A stretch of 63,929 nt of DNA, the filler included, from an uncultured Methanosarcinales archaeon (GTDB lineage: Archaea > Nanobdellota > Nanobdellia > Woesearchaeales > CAZKBD01), in NCBI GenBank assembly GCA_964550945.1. It is 5 parts of 5 records of this genome, joined end to end, with 100 filler letters (N's around TTAATTAATTAA, not from the genome) between each part and the next. Parts side by side here need not be neighbours in the genome. Positions count along the whole stretch, not along the records: positions 15,086 to 29,993 come from CAZKBD010000043.1; 4 more parts are not named here. One strand, 5' to 3'. Below, piece after piece: positions 19,312 through 28,476 of this stretch. Positions within the stretch are counted from its first letter, which is position 1, and the number at the start of each line of letters is the position of its first letter. The translations under genes were made by a program, and so were the position numbers. The notes beneath the pieces were generated by a model, which saw nothing but the letters and a program-made list of their open reading frames with translations, was not told the DNA's origin and did not search any database.

Positions 19312-20289
19312 ATGCGTATGGTGCTTGACAAGTCAAATATGCTGGCAGTCCTTGAAAATTTTCCAAAGCAATGCAGGGATGCATTGGCAATTTCTAAAGG
19401 AGAGAAGCTCTCTAAAAAAGTGACAAACATAGTCGTGACAGGCATGGGCGGTTCTGCAATCGGAGGGGATTTATTAAAAACCTGCCTTTCAAATACAGAG
19501 ATGCCTGTTTTTGTCAACCGCAGCTATAAGCTGCCTAATTTCGTTGACGAGAGCACATTGGTCTTTGCAGTTTCTTATTCAGGCAACACAGAGGAAACAT
19601 TGAGCGCTTGCCAGGATGCAATAAACAAAAAAGCCAATGTGATTGCAGTAGCTTCTGGAGGAAAATTGGCAGAGCTCTGCAAAAAAACAATAGTAATACC
19701 CTCAGGCTTGCAGCCAAGAAATGCAATTGCTTACCTTTTTTTCCCGATGTTAGGCCTTCTCTTTAATTCTGGGCTGATCAATATCTCTAATAAAGAATTA
19801 AACGAGATGTTAATAGTCTTAAAAAACGTGAATGAATTTAAGGAAAGGGCAGAAAAGCTTGCAAAATCCATACAAGGCAAGACGCCAATAATATACTCTT
19901 CTGATTTTTTAGAGCCTGTTGCATACAGGTGGAAATGCGAGTTTAATGAAAACAGCAAACAGCCAGCTTTCTGCAATGTGCTCCCGGAGATGAACCATAA
20001 CGAAATAGTGGGCTATCATTCTATGAGAAAAGACCAATATATCGCAGTATTGATAAGAGACAGGTTTGACCATCCAAGAATCCAAAAAAGAATGGATATC
20101 TGCTCGAATATTATGGAAAAGCGCATAGAAGTAGCGCAAGTGCATACTCAAGGAGAGAGCATTCTTGCAAGGTTGTTCTCAGCAATCTATCTTGGGGATT
20201 TCACTTCATACTATCTTGCTGCGCTCAATAGAATAGACCCAACACCAGTAGAAGTGATCGAATATCTCAAAAAGGAGTTGGTAAAATGA
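19312..20289 (+). CDS. Bifunctional phosphoglucose/phosphomannose isomerase
   Basis: GMGGS, SYSGNTEET, ENSK, PEMNHNEI. Confidence 0.93.
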   Translation: MRMVLDKSNMLAVLENFPKQCRDALAISKGEKLSKKVTNIVVTGMGGSAIGGDLLKTCLSNTEMPVFVNRSYKLPNFVDESTLVFAVSYSGNTEETLSACQDAINKKANVIAVASGGKLAELCKKTIVIPSGLQPRNAIAYLFFPMLGLLFNSGLINISNKELNEMLIVLKNVNEFKERAEKLAKSIQGKTPIIYSSDFLEPVAYRWKCEFNENSKQPAFCNVLPEMNHNEIVGYHSMRKDQYIAVLIRDRFDHPRIQKRMDICSNIMEKRIEVAQVHTQGESILARLFSAIYLGDFTSYYLAALNRIDPTPVEVIEYLKKELVK

Positions 20290-20534
20290 AAAAAACAAAA
20301 AATAAACAAAAAATCAATAATAAAATCCTGTTTTTTATTATATTCCTTCTTACAATAGCTTGGATTTTGTCAATAAGCGCCTTATTGGTGGTCTGGCTTA
20401 GGCAGCCAATGTGCCCAGAAGCCTTGTTAGGCCCTCCAGAATTTCCAGTATTCTTATTTGTATTCATTGGAGCATTTGTAGCTTTCTGCTTTGGCGGCCT
20501 GTATGCAGCGTATAGGGTTGCTTTTTCCAATTAA
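20286..20534 (+). CDS. Small two-TM membrane protein
   Basis: 82 aa, overlaps PGI/PMI stop. Confidence 0.55.
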   Translation: MKKTKNKQKINNKILFFIIFLLTIAWILSISALLVVWLRQPMCPEALLGPPEFPVFLFVFIGAFVAFCFGGLYAAYRVAFSN

Positions 20535-20583
20535 TCAAAAAAATTATATATCCAGCTGGATATCTTGCTAATTGGGGGATTAA

Positions 20584-22647
20584 ATGATAATTAAATCTTT
20601 AAAGCTAAACAATATCCGGTCTTATCTAAATAATGAGATAATATTCCCAGAAGGATCAACCTTGCTAAGCGGCGATATTGGCTCTGGAAAATCTACAATC
20701 TTGCTGGCAATAGAATTTGCATTGTTTGGTGTAAAAAGAGCAGACCTTTCTGCGTCTGCATTATTAAGGCATGGAAAAAAAGAAGGTTCTGTTGAAATGA
20801 GATTCAACATCAGCAATAAAGACATTCTAATAAAAAGGAATCTAAAAAGAGGCAAGGAAGACATAAAACAAGAAACAGGTTATATAATAATTGACGGAAT
20901 CAAAAGAGAAGGCACAGCCATAGAACTTAAAACAATAATTCTAGACTTGTTAGGCTATCCAAAAGGGTTAGTCGCAAAAAGCAAAGACCTAATCTATCGT
21001 TATACTGTCTATACGCCCCAGGAGGAGATGAAGCAAATCTTAACAGAAGACAGAGAGATAAGGCTTGATATATTAAGAAGGGTCTTCAATATAGACAAGT
21101 ACAAGCGGATAAAAGAAAACTCAGCAATACTAATAAAAGAGATCAAAGAGACAAGAATTGCTTATGAAGCAAAAATCCATGATCTTGATCTAAAACAAAA
21201 GCAAAAAGATGAAAAACAGGGCGAATTCAAAAAAACAGATGAAAGATTAGGAGAGCTCTCACCAAAATTAAAAGAAGCAAAACAAAGGTTAAATGCAGAA
21301 AAGGGCAATCTGGAAAAAATTGAAAACATGATTAAAGAGCTGGAGAGATTAAAGCATGAATCAAAAATCAATGAACTAAACTTAAAAAACAAAGTAGAGG
21401 GCATAAACCGGAACAGGTTAAGGCTTGACATGCTCCAAAGGCAGACACAAGCGCTAAAGCAGGAACTGGAGCAAACAGAAAAAGCAGATGCTGAAACACT
21501 AGCAATTCCAATAAAAGAAAAGGAAAATGAAACAAGGCTGATGGAGCATACCCTCAAATCCATTAATGAAAAAATATACGAATTTCTCGCCAAAAAAAAT
21601 CATTCTCTAGGCATAAAAGAAAAAATAACTAAGATTGACAAATGCCCGACATGCCAGCAGGATGTTTCTCATGCTCACAAAGAAGCCATCCATAAAAGAG
21701 AAGACGAATCGCTTGTAAGGTTGGAAGAAGACCTCTTGCTCTATCAAAATCAGGAAAAGCAGGCAGAAGCCAAGCTTAAGGAGTTAAAAGAGATCCTTAA
21801 CCAGCTGAAAGAAAAAGAAAAAATCGCTTCTATCCAAAAAATAAAATCAGAGTCTTTAAAAGAAAAATCCAAGGAGATCCAGGATATCGAAGAGCATGAG
21901 CAGACGCTAAGAAAAGATATCAGCAAAATACGCGCAGTTAATGAAGAATTGATCAAACAGATCCAAAGCTACGAAATTACTGAAGAGGATTACAAGAAAA
22001 TAAAAAACCAGCTTGATTTTGCAATGATCGAAGAGAGAAAGCTTGAGCTGCAAAAAACAGCGCTGGAAAAAGAAAAAGAAGGCATTTTGAAAATAATAGG
22101 CATATTAGAAAAGGAAATCAGGGAAAAGATAGAGGTAAAAGAAAAACTTGCTCATCTATCACAGATGCAGAATTGGCTTGAAGAGCATTTCATAAACCTG
22201 ATGTCCACTATAGAAAAGCATATCATGTTAAAGATTCATTATGAGTTTAACAAGCTGTTCCAAAATTGGTTTGATACAATAATCGAAGACGAGATAATCT
22301 CAGTTAGAATAGACGATGAATTCAGCCCTGTGATAGAGCAAAACGGATATGAAACCAGCCTGGAAAATCTCTCTGGCGGTGAAAAGACATCATTAGCTCT
22401 AGCTTATAGGCTAGCCTTAAACAAAGTTATAAACGACATTGTAAGCGAGATAAAGACAAAAGACATCATTATGCTGGATGAGCCTACAGATGGATTTAGC
22501 ACAGAGCAGCTTGACAAAATCAGGATTGTCTTGGAGCAGTTAAATGTCAAGCAAACCATTATTGTCTCGCATGAAAACAAGATAGAAAGCTTTGTTGACA
22601 ATGTAATCAAAATAAATAAGAATGAGCATGTTAGCGATATTGCATAA
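20584..22647 (+). CDS. rad50: Rad50/SbcC-family ATPase
   Basis: Walker A GDIGSGKS, Q-loop, CPTC zinc hook, LSGGE, LDEPT, SH. Confidence 0.88.
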   Translation: MIIKSLKLNNIRSYLNNEIIFPEGSTLLSGDIGSGKSTILLAIEFALFGVKRADLSASALLRHGKKEGSVEMRFNISNKDILIKRNLKRGKEDIKQETGYIIIDGIKREGTAIELKTIILDLLGYPKGLVAKSKDLIYRYTVYTPQEEMKQILTEDREIRLDILRRVFNIDKYKRIKENSAILIKEIKETRIAYEAKIHDLDLKQKQKDEKQGEFKKTDERLGELSPKLKEAKQRLNAEKGNLEKIENMIKELERLKHESKINELNLKNKVEGINRNRLRLDMLQRQTQALKQELEQTEKADAETLAIPIKEKENETRLMEHTLKSINEKIYEFLAKKNHSLGIKEKITKIDKCPTCQQDVSHAHKEAIHKREDESLVRLEEDLLLYQNQEKQAEAKLKELKEILNQLKEKEKIASIQKIKSESLKEKSKEIQDIEEHEQTLRKDISKIRAVNEELIKQIQSYEITEEDYKKIKNQLDFAMIEERKLELQKTALEKEKEGILKIIGILEKEIREKIEVKEKLAHLSQMQNWLEEHFINLMSTIEKHIMLKIHYEFNKLFQNWFDTIIEDEIISVRIDDEFSPVIEQNGYETSLENLSGGEKTSLALAYRLALNKVINDIVSEIKTKDIIMLDEPTDGFSTEQLDKIRIVLEQLNVKQTIIVSHENKIESFVDNVIKINKNEHVSDIA

Positions 22648-22681
22648 TTTTAATATAGGGGATTAAATTCTTGCCTTTCAA

Positions 22682-22786
22682 GGGGCTGTAGTGTAGTTTG
22701 GCTATCACTGGCGCTCGGGGAGGACTTAAAGTCTTTCTTTTATCGCCTAATAGCGTCCAACCCGTGTTCAAATCACGGCAGCCCCA
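22682..22786 (+). tRNA. tRNA-Pro, probably GGG, with 31-nt intron (22721-22751)
   Basis: Acceptor GGGGCTG/CAGCCCC, stem GGCGC/GCGTC, CCGTG-TTCAAAT-CACGG; C at position 33 atypical. Confidence 0.8.
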
Positions 22787-23037
22787 TACATTCCTTACTT
22801 CTACAGGGGCGTTCATGCTATTGAGTGTAACGAAATAGCATAAACTCATCGCCGGTATCTGTAGGGTGCAGTCCCTCCAACGAATTCCCTTCATATAGTT
22901 CGTGAGACTTCCGAGCAAACCTCAGAAAACACAGTTTTATGATGGTTTAGAAACCATTTATTTCTAAAAGCGAGGAATGTCTCACTAGACTGTAGAATGC
23001 AAACGTACTCGTTTGCGTGGGAACCACGGCAGCCCCA
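22787..23037. mobile_element. Modular palindromic element ending in a duplicate of the tRNA-Pro 3' end
   Basis: CACGGCAGCCCCA at 22774-22786 and 23025-23037; internal modules shared (inverted) with the tRNA-Ile intron. Confidence 0.7.
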
Positions 23038-23119
23038 CATCCTTCACCTTTTGGCTAAATTTGCACCAAAAAGCAAAAAAAGAAACCTTTAAATAGTAGT
23101 AATCTCATTATTCCTAGTT

Positions 23120-24559
23120 GTGATTTTAATGGTAATGAAAAAGGGTGTTTTTTTATTAACTTTTGTTCTATTGCTTATGCCAATTATTTACGCAGAAGAT
23201 TTTAAGGTCTCTTTCACGCCAGTCCAAAACCAAATCAAGGCAGAGGAGGCAGCAAAATTTAATCTCACTATATCCAATAGCCTTGAAAGAATTGAACAAT
23301 TCAGGGTTTTTACAATGGATTACCCCACTTGGGATATCTATACAGACCCGATCCAAAATCCCATTATAGTTGAAGTGCAGCCAAAATCAGAAAAAACCAT
23401 AATTCTTCTTGTAGACCCTTTAAAAATATACGAAATTGGAGCATATAATGTAAACATCAAGGTTGAATCCACAACTAAAGGGCCTGCCATCAACACTCCT
23501 GTCAGGGTTTCAATTATTTCAAGCGAAGCAATGACCTATATACCCACAGTCACAGCAGACCTAGAAATTCCCGGCAGTATAGACCCAAGAGAAAATATCC
23601 TAATCAAAGTTAATCTTATAAATCAGAATATCTTGGATATTAAAGACTTGGTTATCAGGATAGAGAGCAATTTAATAAATGACGAGATAACAAATGAAAT
23701 TGGTCCAAAGGAAAGAAAAACAGTAGAACTTACAAAACAGCTGGATCCATTAACATCCCCCCAAAAAGGCATGCTGACCCTCACCCTATTAAAAGGCCAG
23801 GAAATGATAACAGGCCCTATCGCTAAAGAGTTTTCAATCGTAGAATACGCTTCTCAGTCAAAAGAAACAGTAACCAAACAGTTTCTTAAGACCCAAAAAG
23901 AGATACAATTCTCCTCCAACGATGAAAACTATAAAGGCGTTATGAAAGTTGAGACTAATCCCTTAAAAAGCCTATTCATAACAACAAAGCCCAAATCAAC
24001 TATTGTCAAAGAAAATGGAAAAACCTATTTGGCTTGGCCAGTTACTTTGGAAGATAAATTAATGGCAGTGAAAATAACCGAGAATTATAGGCCTTTGCTT
24101 TATCTGGCAATATTGATCATAATATTGATATTACTCTACCTTAAATTTAGGGGACCATTAACAATACAGAAGAGTGTAGCAGGCATTGAAAAACGAGAAG
24201 GTGGAATATCCAACGTAAACATAATTCTAGCAATAAAAAATCGCGGGAAAACAGCACTTAAGGATATTGAGTTGATGGACAGAATCCCTAATCTTGCCGA
24301 TATTGAAAAAGAAATCTCAATAGGCACATTGCAGCCAGTCAAGATATTAAAGCACGAGAAGAAAGGCTCCCTTGTCAAATGGGTCCTTGACAATTTAGAC
24401 GCCAGCGAAGAAAGAGTTATTAGATACAGAATAAAATCAAAGCTTTCAATTATTGGCGGTTTCAATCTTCCAGCTGCTGTTGCAAAGTACAGGCATAACA
24501 ATAAAGAAACTAAATCAAGGTCCAATAAGGTAACAATAACATCTCCTTCTCAATCATAA
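23120..24559 (+). CDS. Surface protein with Ig-like/DUF11-like domains and TM helix
   Basis: Signal peptide, beta-sandwich-like repeats, TM near residue 330, IKNRG..LKDIELMDRIP. Confidence 0.7.
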   Translation: MILMVMKKGVFLLTFVLLLMPIIYAEDFKVSFTPVQNQIKAEEAAKFNLTISNSLERIEQFRVFTMDYPTWDIYTDPIQNPIIVEVQPKSEKTIILLVDPLKIYEIGAYNVNIKVESTTKGPAINTPVRVSIISSEAMTYIPTVTADLEIPGSIDPRENILIKVNLINQNILDIKDLVIRIESNLINDEITNEIGPKERKTVELTKQLDPLTSPQKGMLTLTLLKGQEMITGPIAKEFSIVEYASQSKETVTKQFLKTQKEIQFSSNDENYKGVMKVETNPLKSLFITTKPKSTIVKENGKTYLAWPVTLEDKLMAVKITENYRPLLYLAILIIILILLYLKFRGPLTIQKSVAGIEKREGGISNVNIILAIKNRGKTALKDIELMDRIPNLADIEKEISIGTLQPVKILKHEKKGSLVKWVLDNLDASEERVIRYRIKSKLSIIGGFNLPAAVAKYRHNNKETKSRSNKVTITSPSQS

Positions 24560-24595
24560 TATTTATAAATAGCCTTCGATTTTCTTTAAGTTATC

Positions 24596-24740
24596 CCCCG
24601 CCTAGCTCAAACTCATTAAATATGAGGAGCATCGGCTAGAGCGTTCGGCTGTAGAAATTGTTTTGATATGTGCAGAGCACTCTGATGATAAACAATCAGC
24701 CGTTACCGAAAGGTTCCTGGTTCGAATCCGGGGGCGGGGA
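24596..24740 (+). tRNA. tRNA-Tyr(GUA) with 15/16 intron (24611-24632) and 50-nt 37/38 intron (24655-24704)
   Basis: C1-G72 acceptor CCCCGCC/GGCGGGG, stem TTCGG/CCGAA, BHB GCTC/GAGC with CTCAT/ATGAG stem. Confidence 0.88.
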
Positions 24741-24813
24741 TTTAGCTGGAAGCAATTCCAGCATTTTCTTTTTTACAAAACCTATATAAACTGATAACAC
24801 TCTCTCTTTTGAT

Positions 24814-25476
24814 ATGATCAAAGCAATCCTTTTTGATTTAGACAACACATTGATAGATTTTCTTAAAATGAAAAAGATTTCATTAGAAGCAGCAGTAGAC
24901 GCTATGATTGACGCAGGGCTGAAAGTGAATAAATCTTCAACATTAAAGAAATTTTATAAGATATATGATAAGAAAGGGATGGAATACCCTAAGCTATTCC
25001 AGGATTTCCTGAATGAGCAGACAGGCAAGATTGATTATAGGATATTGGCATATGGCATAGTTGCGTACAGAAAAGCAAGAATAGGCTTCTTAGAGCCCTA
25101 TCCTCATACAGACTATGTCTTGCTAAAGCTAAAGCAAAAAGGCATCAAATTAGGAATAGTAACTGACGCGCCTCGTTTAAAGGCGTGGATAAGGATTGTA
25201 TCTATGCGATTAAGTAACTTCTTTGATATTGTTGTTGCTTTTGAGGATACAAATCAGTTAAAGCCAAGCCAGCTTCCTTTCAAAGTAGCATTGAAAAAAC
25301 TGAATCTAAAGCCAGAAGAGTGCTTAATGGTAGGTGATTGGCCAGAACGTGACATAAAAGGAGCCAATGCTATTGGTATGAAGACATGCTTCGCAAGATA
25401 CGGCAATCCCAAAGCAGCTAAAATAAAGGCAGACTACGAAATAAATGACATTAAAGAGCTCCTAAGCATAATTTAA
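24814..25476 (+). CDS. HAD-superfamily hydrolase (TIGR02253-like)
   Basis: FDLDNTL, KP, VGDWPERDI. Confidence 0.92.
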   Translation: MIKAILFDLDNTLIDFLKMKKISLEAAVDAMIDAGLKVNKSSTLKKFYKIYDKKGMEYPKLFQDFLNEQTGKIDYRILAYGIVAYRKARIGFLEPYPHTDYVLLKLKQKGIKLGIVTDAPRLKAWIRIVSMRLSNFFDIVVAFEDTNQLKPSQLPFKVALKKLNLKPEECLMVGDWPERDIKGANAIGMKTCFARYGNPKAAKIKADYEINDIKELLSII

Positions 25477-25730
25477 GCGCCCATTATCCTAATAATTGTC
25501 TTTAAAAGAATGGCAAATAATCCATATACCCCAATAAAAATAAAGACTGTAGCAAAAATCCTTTTGTGCTTTTCAATCTTCTGCGGCAAAAGCAAATAAA
25601 TCGCATAAGAGATAAAAAAACAAAAGAACAGCGTAGCAATCAAAAAAGTAGAAACTTCGCTTTCAGCTTGAGGAATATAAACAGTAGGAATTGCCATTAG
25701 TCGCCTCTTAATCAAATATCTGATGAACAT
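25473..25730 (-). CDS. Small membrane protein
   Basis: Two TM helices; start uncertain. Confidence 0.5.
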   Translation of the reverse strand: MFIRYLIKRRLMAIPTVYIPQAESEVSTFLIATLFFCFFISYAIYLLLPQKIEKHKRIFATVFIFIGVYGLFAILLKTIIRIMGA

Positions 25731-25857
25731 ATTTAAATAACTTTTGGTTTATTGCATATTCACCATCAATCAGTAAATCACAGAAGAATTATTTTTATCC
25801 AAAGATTTAAATACTAATTATGATAAAACCCCTAGTTTACAAAGGAGGTGTATCTTG

Positions 25858-26007
25858 ATGGCAGAAGAATTGTCGTTTTATGATGTAAAAGGCAAAAAGA
25901 AATTTAACGCTACTGAATACAAGGTAGTTACAAAAAAAGGAAGAAGATTTGCTGTTGCTAAAGCTCCTTCTGGAATCGATGCTTATAGAATTTTAGGAAA
26001 AGCATAA
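25858..26007 (+). CDS. CC1-like small chromatin protein (49 aa, not in ORF track)
   Basis: MAEELSFYDVKGKKKFNATEYKVVTKKGRRFAVAKAPSGIDAYRILGKA; TTTAAATA box and GGAGGTG SD. Confidence 0.8.
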   Translation: MAEELSFYDVKGKKKFNATEYKVVTKKGRRFAVAKAPSGIDAYRILGKA

Positions 26008-26024
26008 TTCTTTTCTTTTCCTTT

Positions 26025-26528
26025 TTATTTTGTTTTGCCTGCTAATAAAGCTATGGTAAACACAGCAACCAATAAAACAAAGATCATTCCTACCACTTTT
26101 GGATGGAATATAACTGAAGTGCTTTTTGAATAATCTGTTCCAGTCTCATTGCCTGGGATATTGCTCTCATCCCTGATATAGCTTAATGCGCCTATAATCA
26201 AGCCAACGATTATAATCACAACCACAACCCATTTTAGGCTTTCAAATTGTGTCCCAGACACCCCAAATAGCTTTGTGGCCATTATAATAAACAGAATAAA
26301 GATAAATATGACCCCAAACCAAGGCAGTATAAATTTGATTGAGCCAATAGCAATCGGGCTGAACCATACTAATAATCCAACTACAAGGCCAATAATCCAT
26401 ATTATGGCTTTATTCTCTCCTAAAGTCTTTGTCGCTGTAAGTATTGCCACTACACCTAACCATACAAGAATAAAAACAAAAAGATTGGAAAATTGCGCTA
26501 AACCAGCTACATCCAAAAAGGTAGCCAT
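26025..26528 (-). CDS. Hypothetical membrane protein (paralog 3)
   Basis: 5 TM; related to two upstream ORFs. Confidence 0.75.
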   Translation of the reverse strand: MATFLDVAGLAQFSNLFVFILVWLGVVAILTATKTLGENKAIIWIIGLVVGLLVWFSPIAIGSIKFILPWFGVIFIFILFIIMATKLFGVSGTQFESLKWVVVVIIIVGLIIGALSYIRDESNIPGNETGTDYSKSTSVIFHPKVVGMIFVLLVAVFTIALLAGKTK

Positions 26529-26538
26529 TATCTAAACC

Positions 26539-27144
26539 TCACTTCTTTGGGCTGAAAAAGTCCTGGAATGACTTTCCCATGCGGCCTAGAGCGCCAGTCT
26601 TTTCTTCTGCAGACTCTCCTTTGGTTACCCACCAGATTATTATTGCAAATACCAAAATCATTACTATTACTGCAATCGTGTCTGTCCCAAAGAAATTCTC
26701 AAACCAACTCCAGTTTGCCCACCAGCCAGCAGCAGACCCAAATATGACAGCAATAGCAATAATTGCTACAATAGCTACCCAGCCAGATAAAGCTCCACCC
26801 ATCCAGTTTCTTTCTCCTCCTAATACACCTATCAATATCAGCAACATTACAATTGCAACTAACAAAACTGAAACTTGTGGAAGAGCCTTATTCATAATAT
26901 CCACAGGATCCCATCCCCACGAGCTGTAAACCCCAGTTACATGAGGGATAACAAACATTAATCCCAGCACTATTGAGAAGATAGCGTTAAATCTTCTCCT
27001 TCCTTCCCCTAGAATTTGCGTTTTTTGCAATACCGCAAATATAACTACAAATACCAGCAAGAAAGGCAACAGAACATCCATTATGCCCCATGATTCTAAT
27101 ATCCTGACAAATTCTTCAAGATTATATGCGCGACTTAATGCCAT
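26539..27144 (-). CDS. Hypothetical membrane protein (paralog 2)
   Basis: DVLLPFLLVF...FAVLQKT.ILG motif. Confidence 0.8.
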   Translation of the reverse strand: MALSRAYNLEEFVRILESWGIMDVLLPFLLVFVVIFAVLQKTQILGEGRRRFNAIFSIVLGLMFVIPHVTGVYSSWGWDPVDIMNKALPQVSVLLVAIVMLLILIGVLGGERNWMGGALSGWVAIVAIIAIAVIFGSAAGWWANWSWFENFFGTDTIAVIVMILVFAIIIWWVTKGESAEEKTGALGRMGKSFQDFFSPKK

Positions 27145-27217
27145 TTTTTACACCTCTAAATTTTTTAAAAATTTTGAGGGGTTAGGAATTCTTAATTCCT
27201 AAGACCTCATTTGTTTT

Positions 27218-27793
27218 TTATTTTGAACTTTCTGATTTTGGGGAAGTTTTTTCCCTCTCAGTTACAATGAACCAAACACATAATACAATAAGTATTAATA
27301 AAACTATCGAACCGACAGCATTGCTTGCATTATTTCCGCTAACCCAGGACCAGAATATATTGAGCCAGCTTTCTCCTTCAAATTCAATTGCATTGAGGAA
27401 AATCAAGACAATTCCAATGAACATTATCACCGAGAAAAATACCTTCCATCCTTTGCTTAAGTCAAATTCTCCTTCTTTGTAGAAAGACCCGACTAACAAT
27501 AAAAACAATACTGCTAGCATCAACAAAACAACCATCTGGCTTGAAACCGTTGATATGATTGCAACCAATTTTGAAGAAGCAACAACTAAAAATGCTATCA
27601 CAAAAGCAGCCATTGTGTTAAGGTTTTTTCTGGAGTACTTCTTATTGTCAATGGTCTCCTCTCCTAATACCCTTGTTTTTTCAAAAATCGCAAAAACAAT
27701 TGTAAAAACAAGCAAGAAAGGCAGAACTACATCATATAATCCTATTTCTCCAAAAAACTCTATAACGCCTCTTAATGGCGATTCAACTACCAT
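27218..27793 (-). CDS. Hypothetical membrane protein (paralog 1)
   Basis: DVVLPFLLVF...FAIFEKT.VLG motif. Confidence 0.8.
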   Translation of the reverse strand: MVVESPLRGVIEFFGEIGLYDVVLPFLLVFTIVFAIFEKTRVLGEETIDNKKYSRKNLNTMAAFVIAFLVVASSKLVAIISTVSSQMVVLLMLAVLFLLLVGSFYKEGEFDLSKGWKVFFSVIMFIGIVLIFLNAIEFEGESWLNIFWSWVSGNNASNAVGSIVLLILIVLCVWFIVTEREKTSPKSESSK

Positions 27794-27875
27794 ACACTTT
27801 AACTATGAGACGAATGATATATAAACTTTTCGATTTTCGTAAACTTTAAATAAGGCACCAATTTCTATATGGATA

Positions 27876-28445
27876 ATGCTTGATAAAACTGATTTTAACC
27901 GGATTAGGTCAAATTTGGATAGGTATGATAGTAAGCGGGAAGAGTTAATCAAGAAAGCAAGGGAAGTGCTGAAGCTTTCAAAGCAGCTGATATATTCTGT
28001 TCACCGGAATGATCTCAAAGAGGCAGATGGCATTTTCACATCCCTCAAAAAAGAAAAGATCAACCTTGACAAGATTGCAGTTTCTCATAAAAATCTTTTT
28101 GGTGAAGGAAGCTATTCAGAAGCAATGCAGGAATATGTTGAAGCTATGGCTTATTATGGTATCACTAAAGATAGAAAAATCCCTACTCAATCAAGTTTAA
28201 AGGTTTCAGAAGAAGATTATCTCATGGGTATATGTGACTTAACAGGCGAACTTACAAGAAAGGCAGTAACAATAGCTCATAAAGACAACAAAGAGGTTGA
28301 AAAGATAAAAGACCTTGTTGAAGAGATATTTGGCGAATTCTTGAAATTCAACCTAAGGAACGGAAATCTAAGGAAGAAATTTGACCAGATCAAATGGAAT
28401 CTGAAGAAGTTAGAAGAAATTGTTTACGATACAAAGAAGAGATAA
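27876..28445 (+). CDS. Translin/TRAX family protein
   Basis: REELIK, QEYVEA, YLMGICDLTGELTR, LRKKFD. Confidence 0.92.
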   Translation: MLDKTDFNRIRSNLDRYDSKREELIKKAREVLKLSKQLIYSVHRNDLKEADGIFTSLKKEKINLDKIAVSHKNLFGEGSYSEAMQEYVEAMAYYGITKDRKIPTQSSLKVSEEDYLMGICDLTGELTRKAVTIAHKDNKEVEKIKDLVEEIFGEFLKFNLRNGNLRKKFDQIKWNLKKLEEIVYDTKKR

Positions 28446-28476
28446 ATTTAAATAAACTCTCACAATTATTTTTTCT

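Noticed and set aside
20584..22647. Condensin SMC or Wadjet partner of ScpA
   Set aside because: Zinc hook and no hinge indicate Rad50/SbcC; scpA is on another contig.
23025..23037. Split-tRNA half
   Set aside because: Only 13 nt, and the upstream gene is already complete; treated as a duplication.
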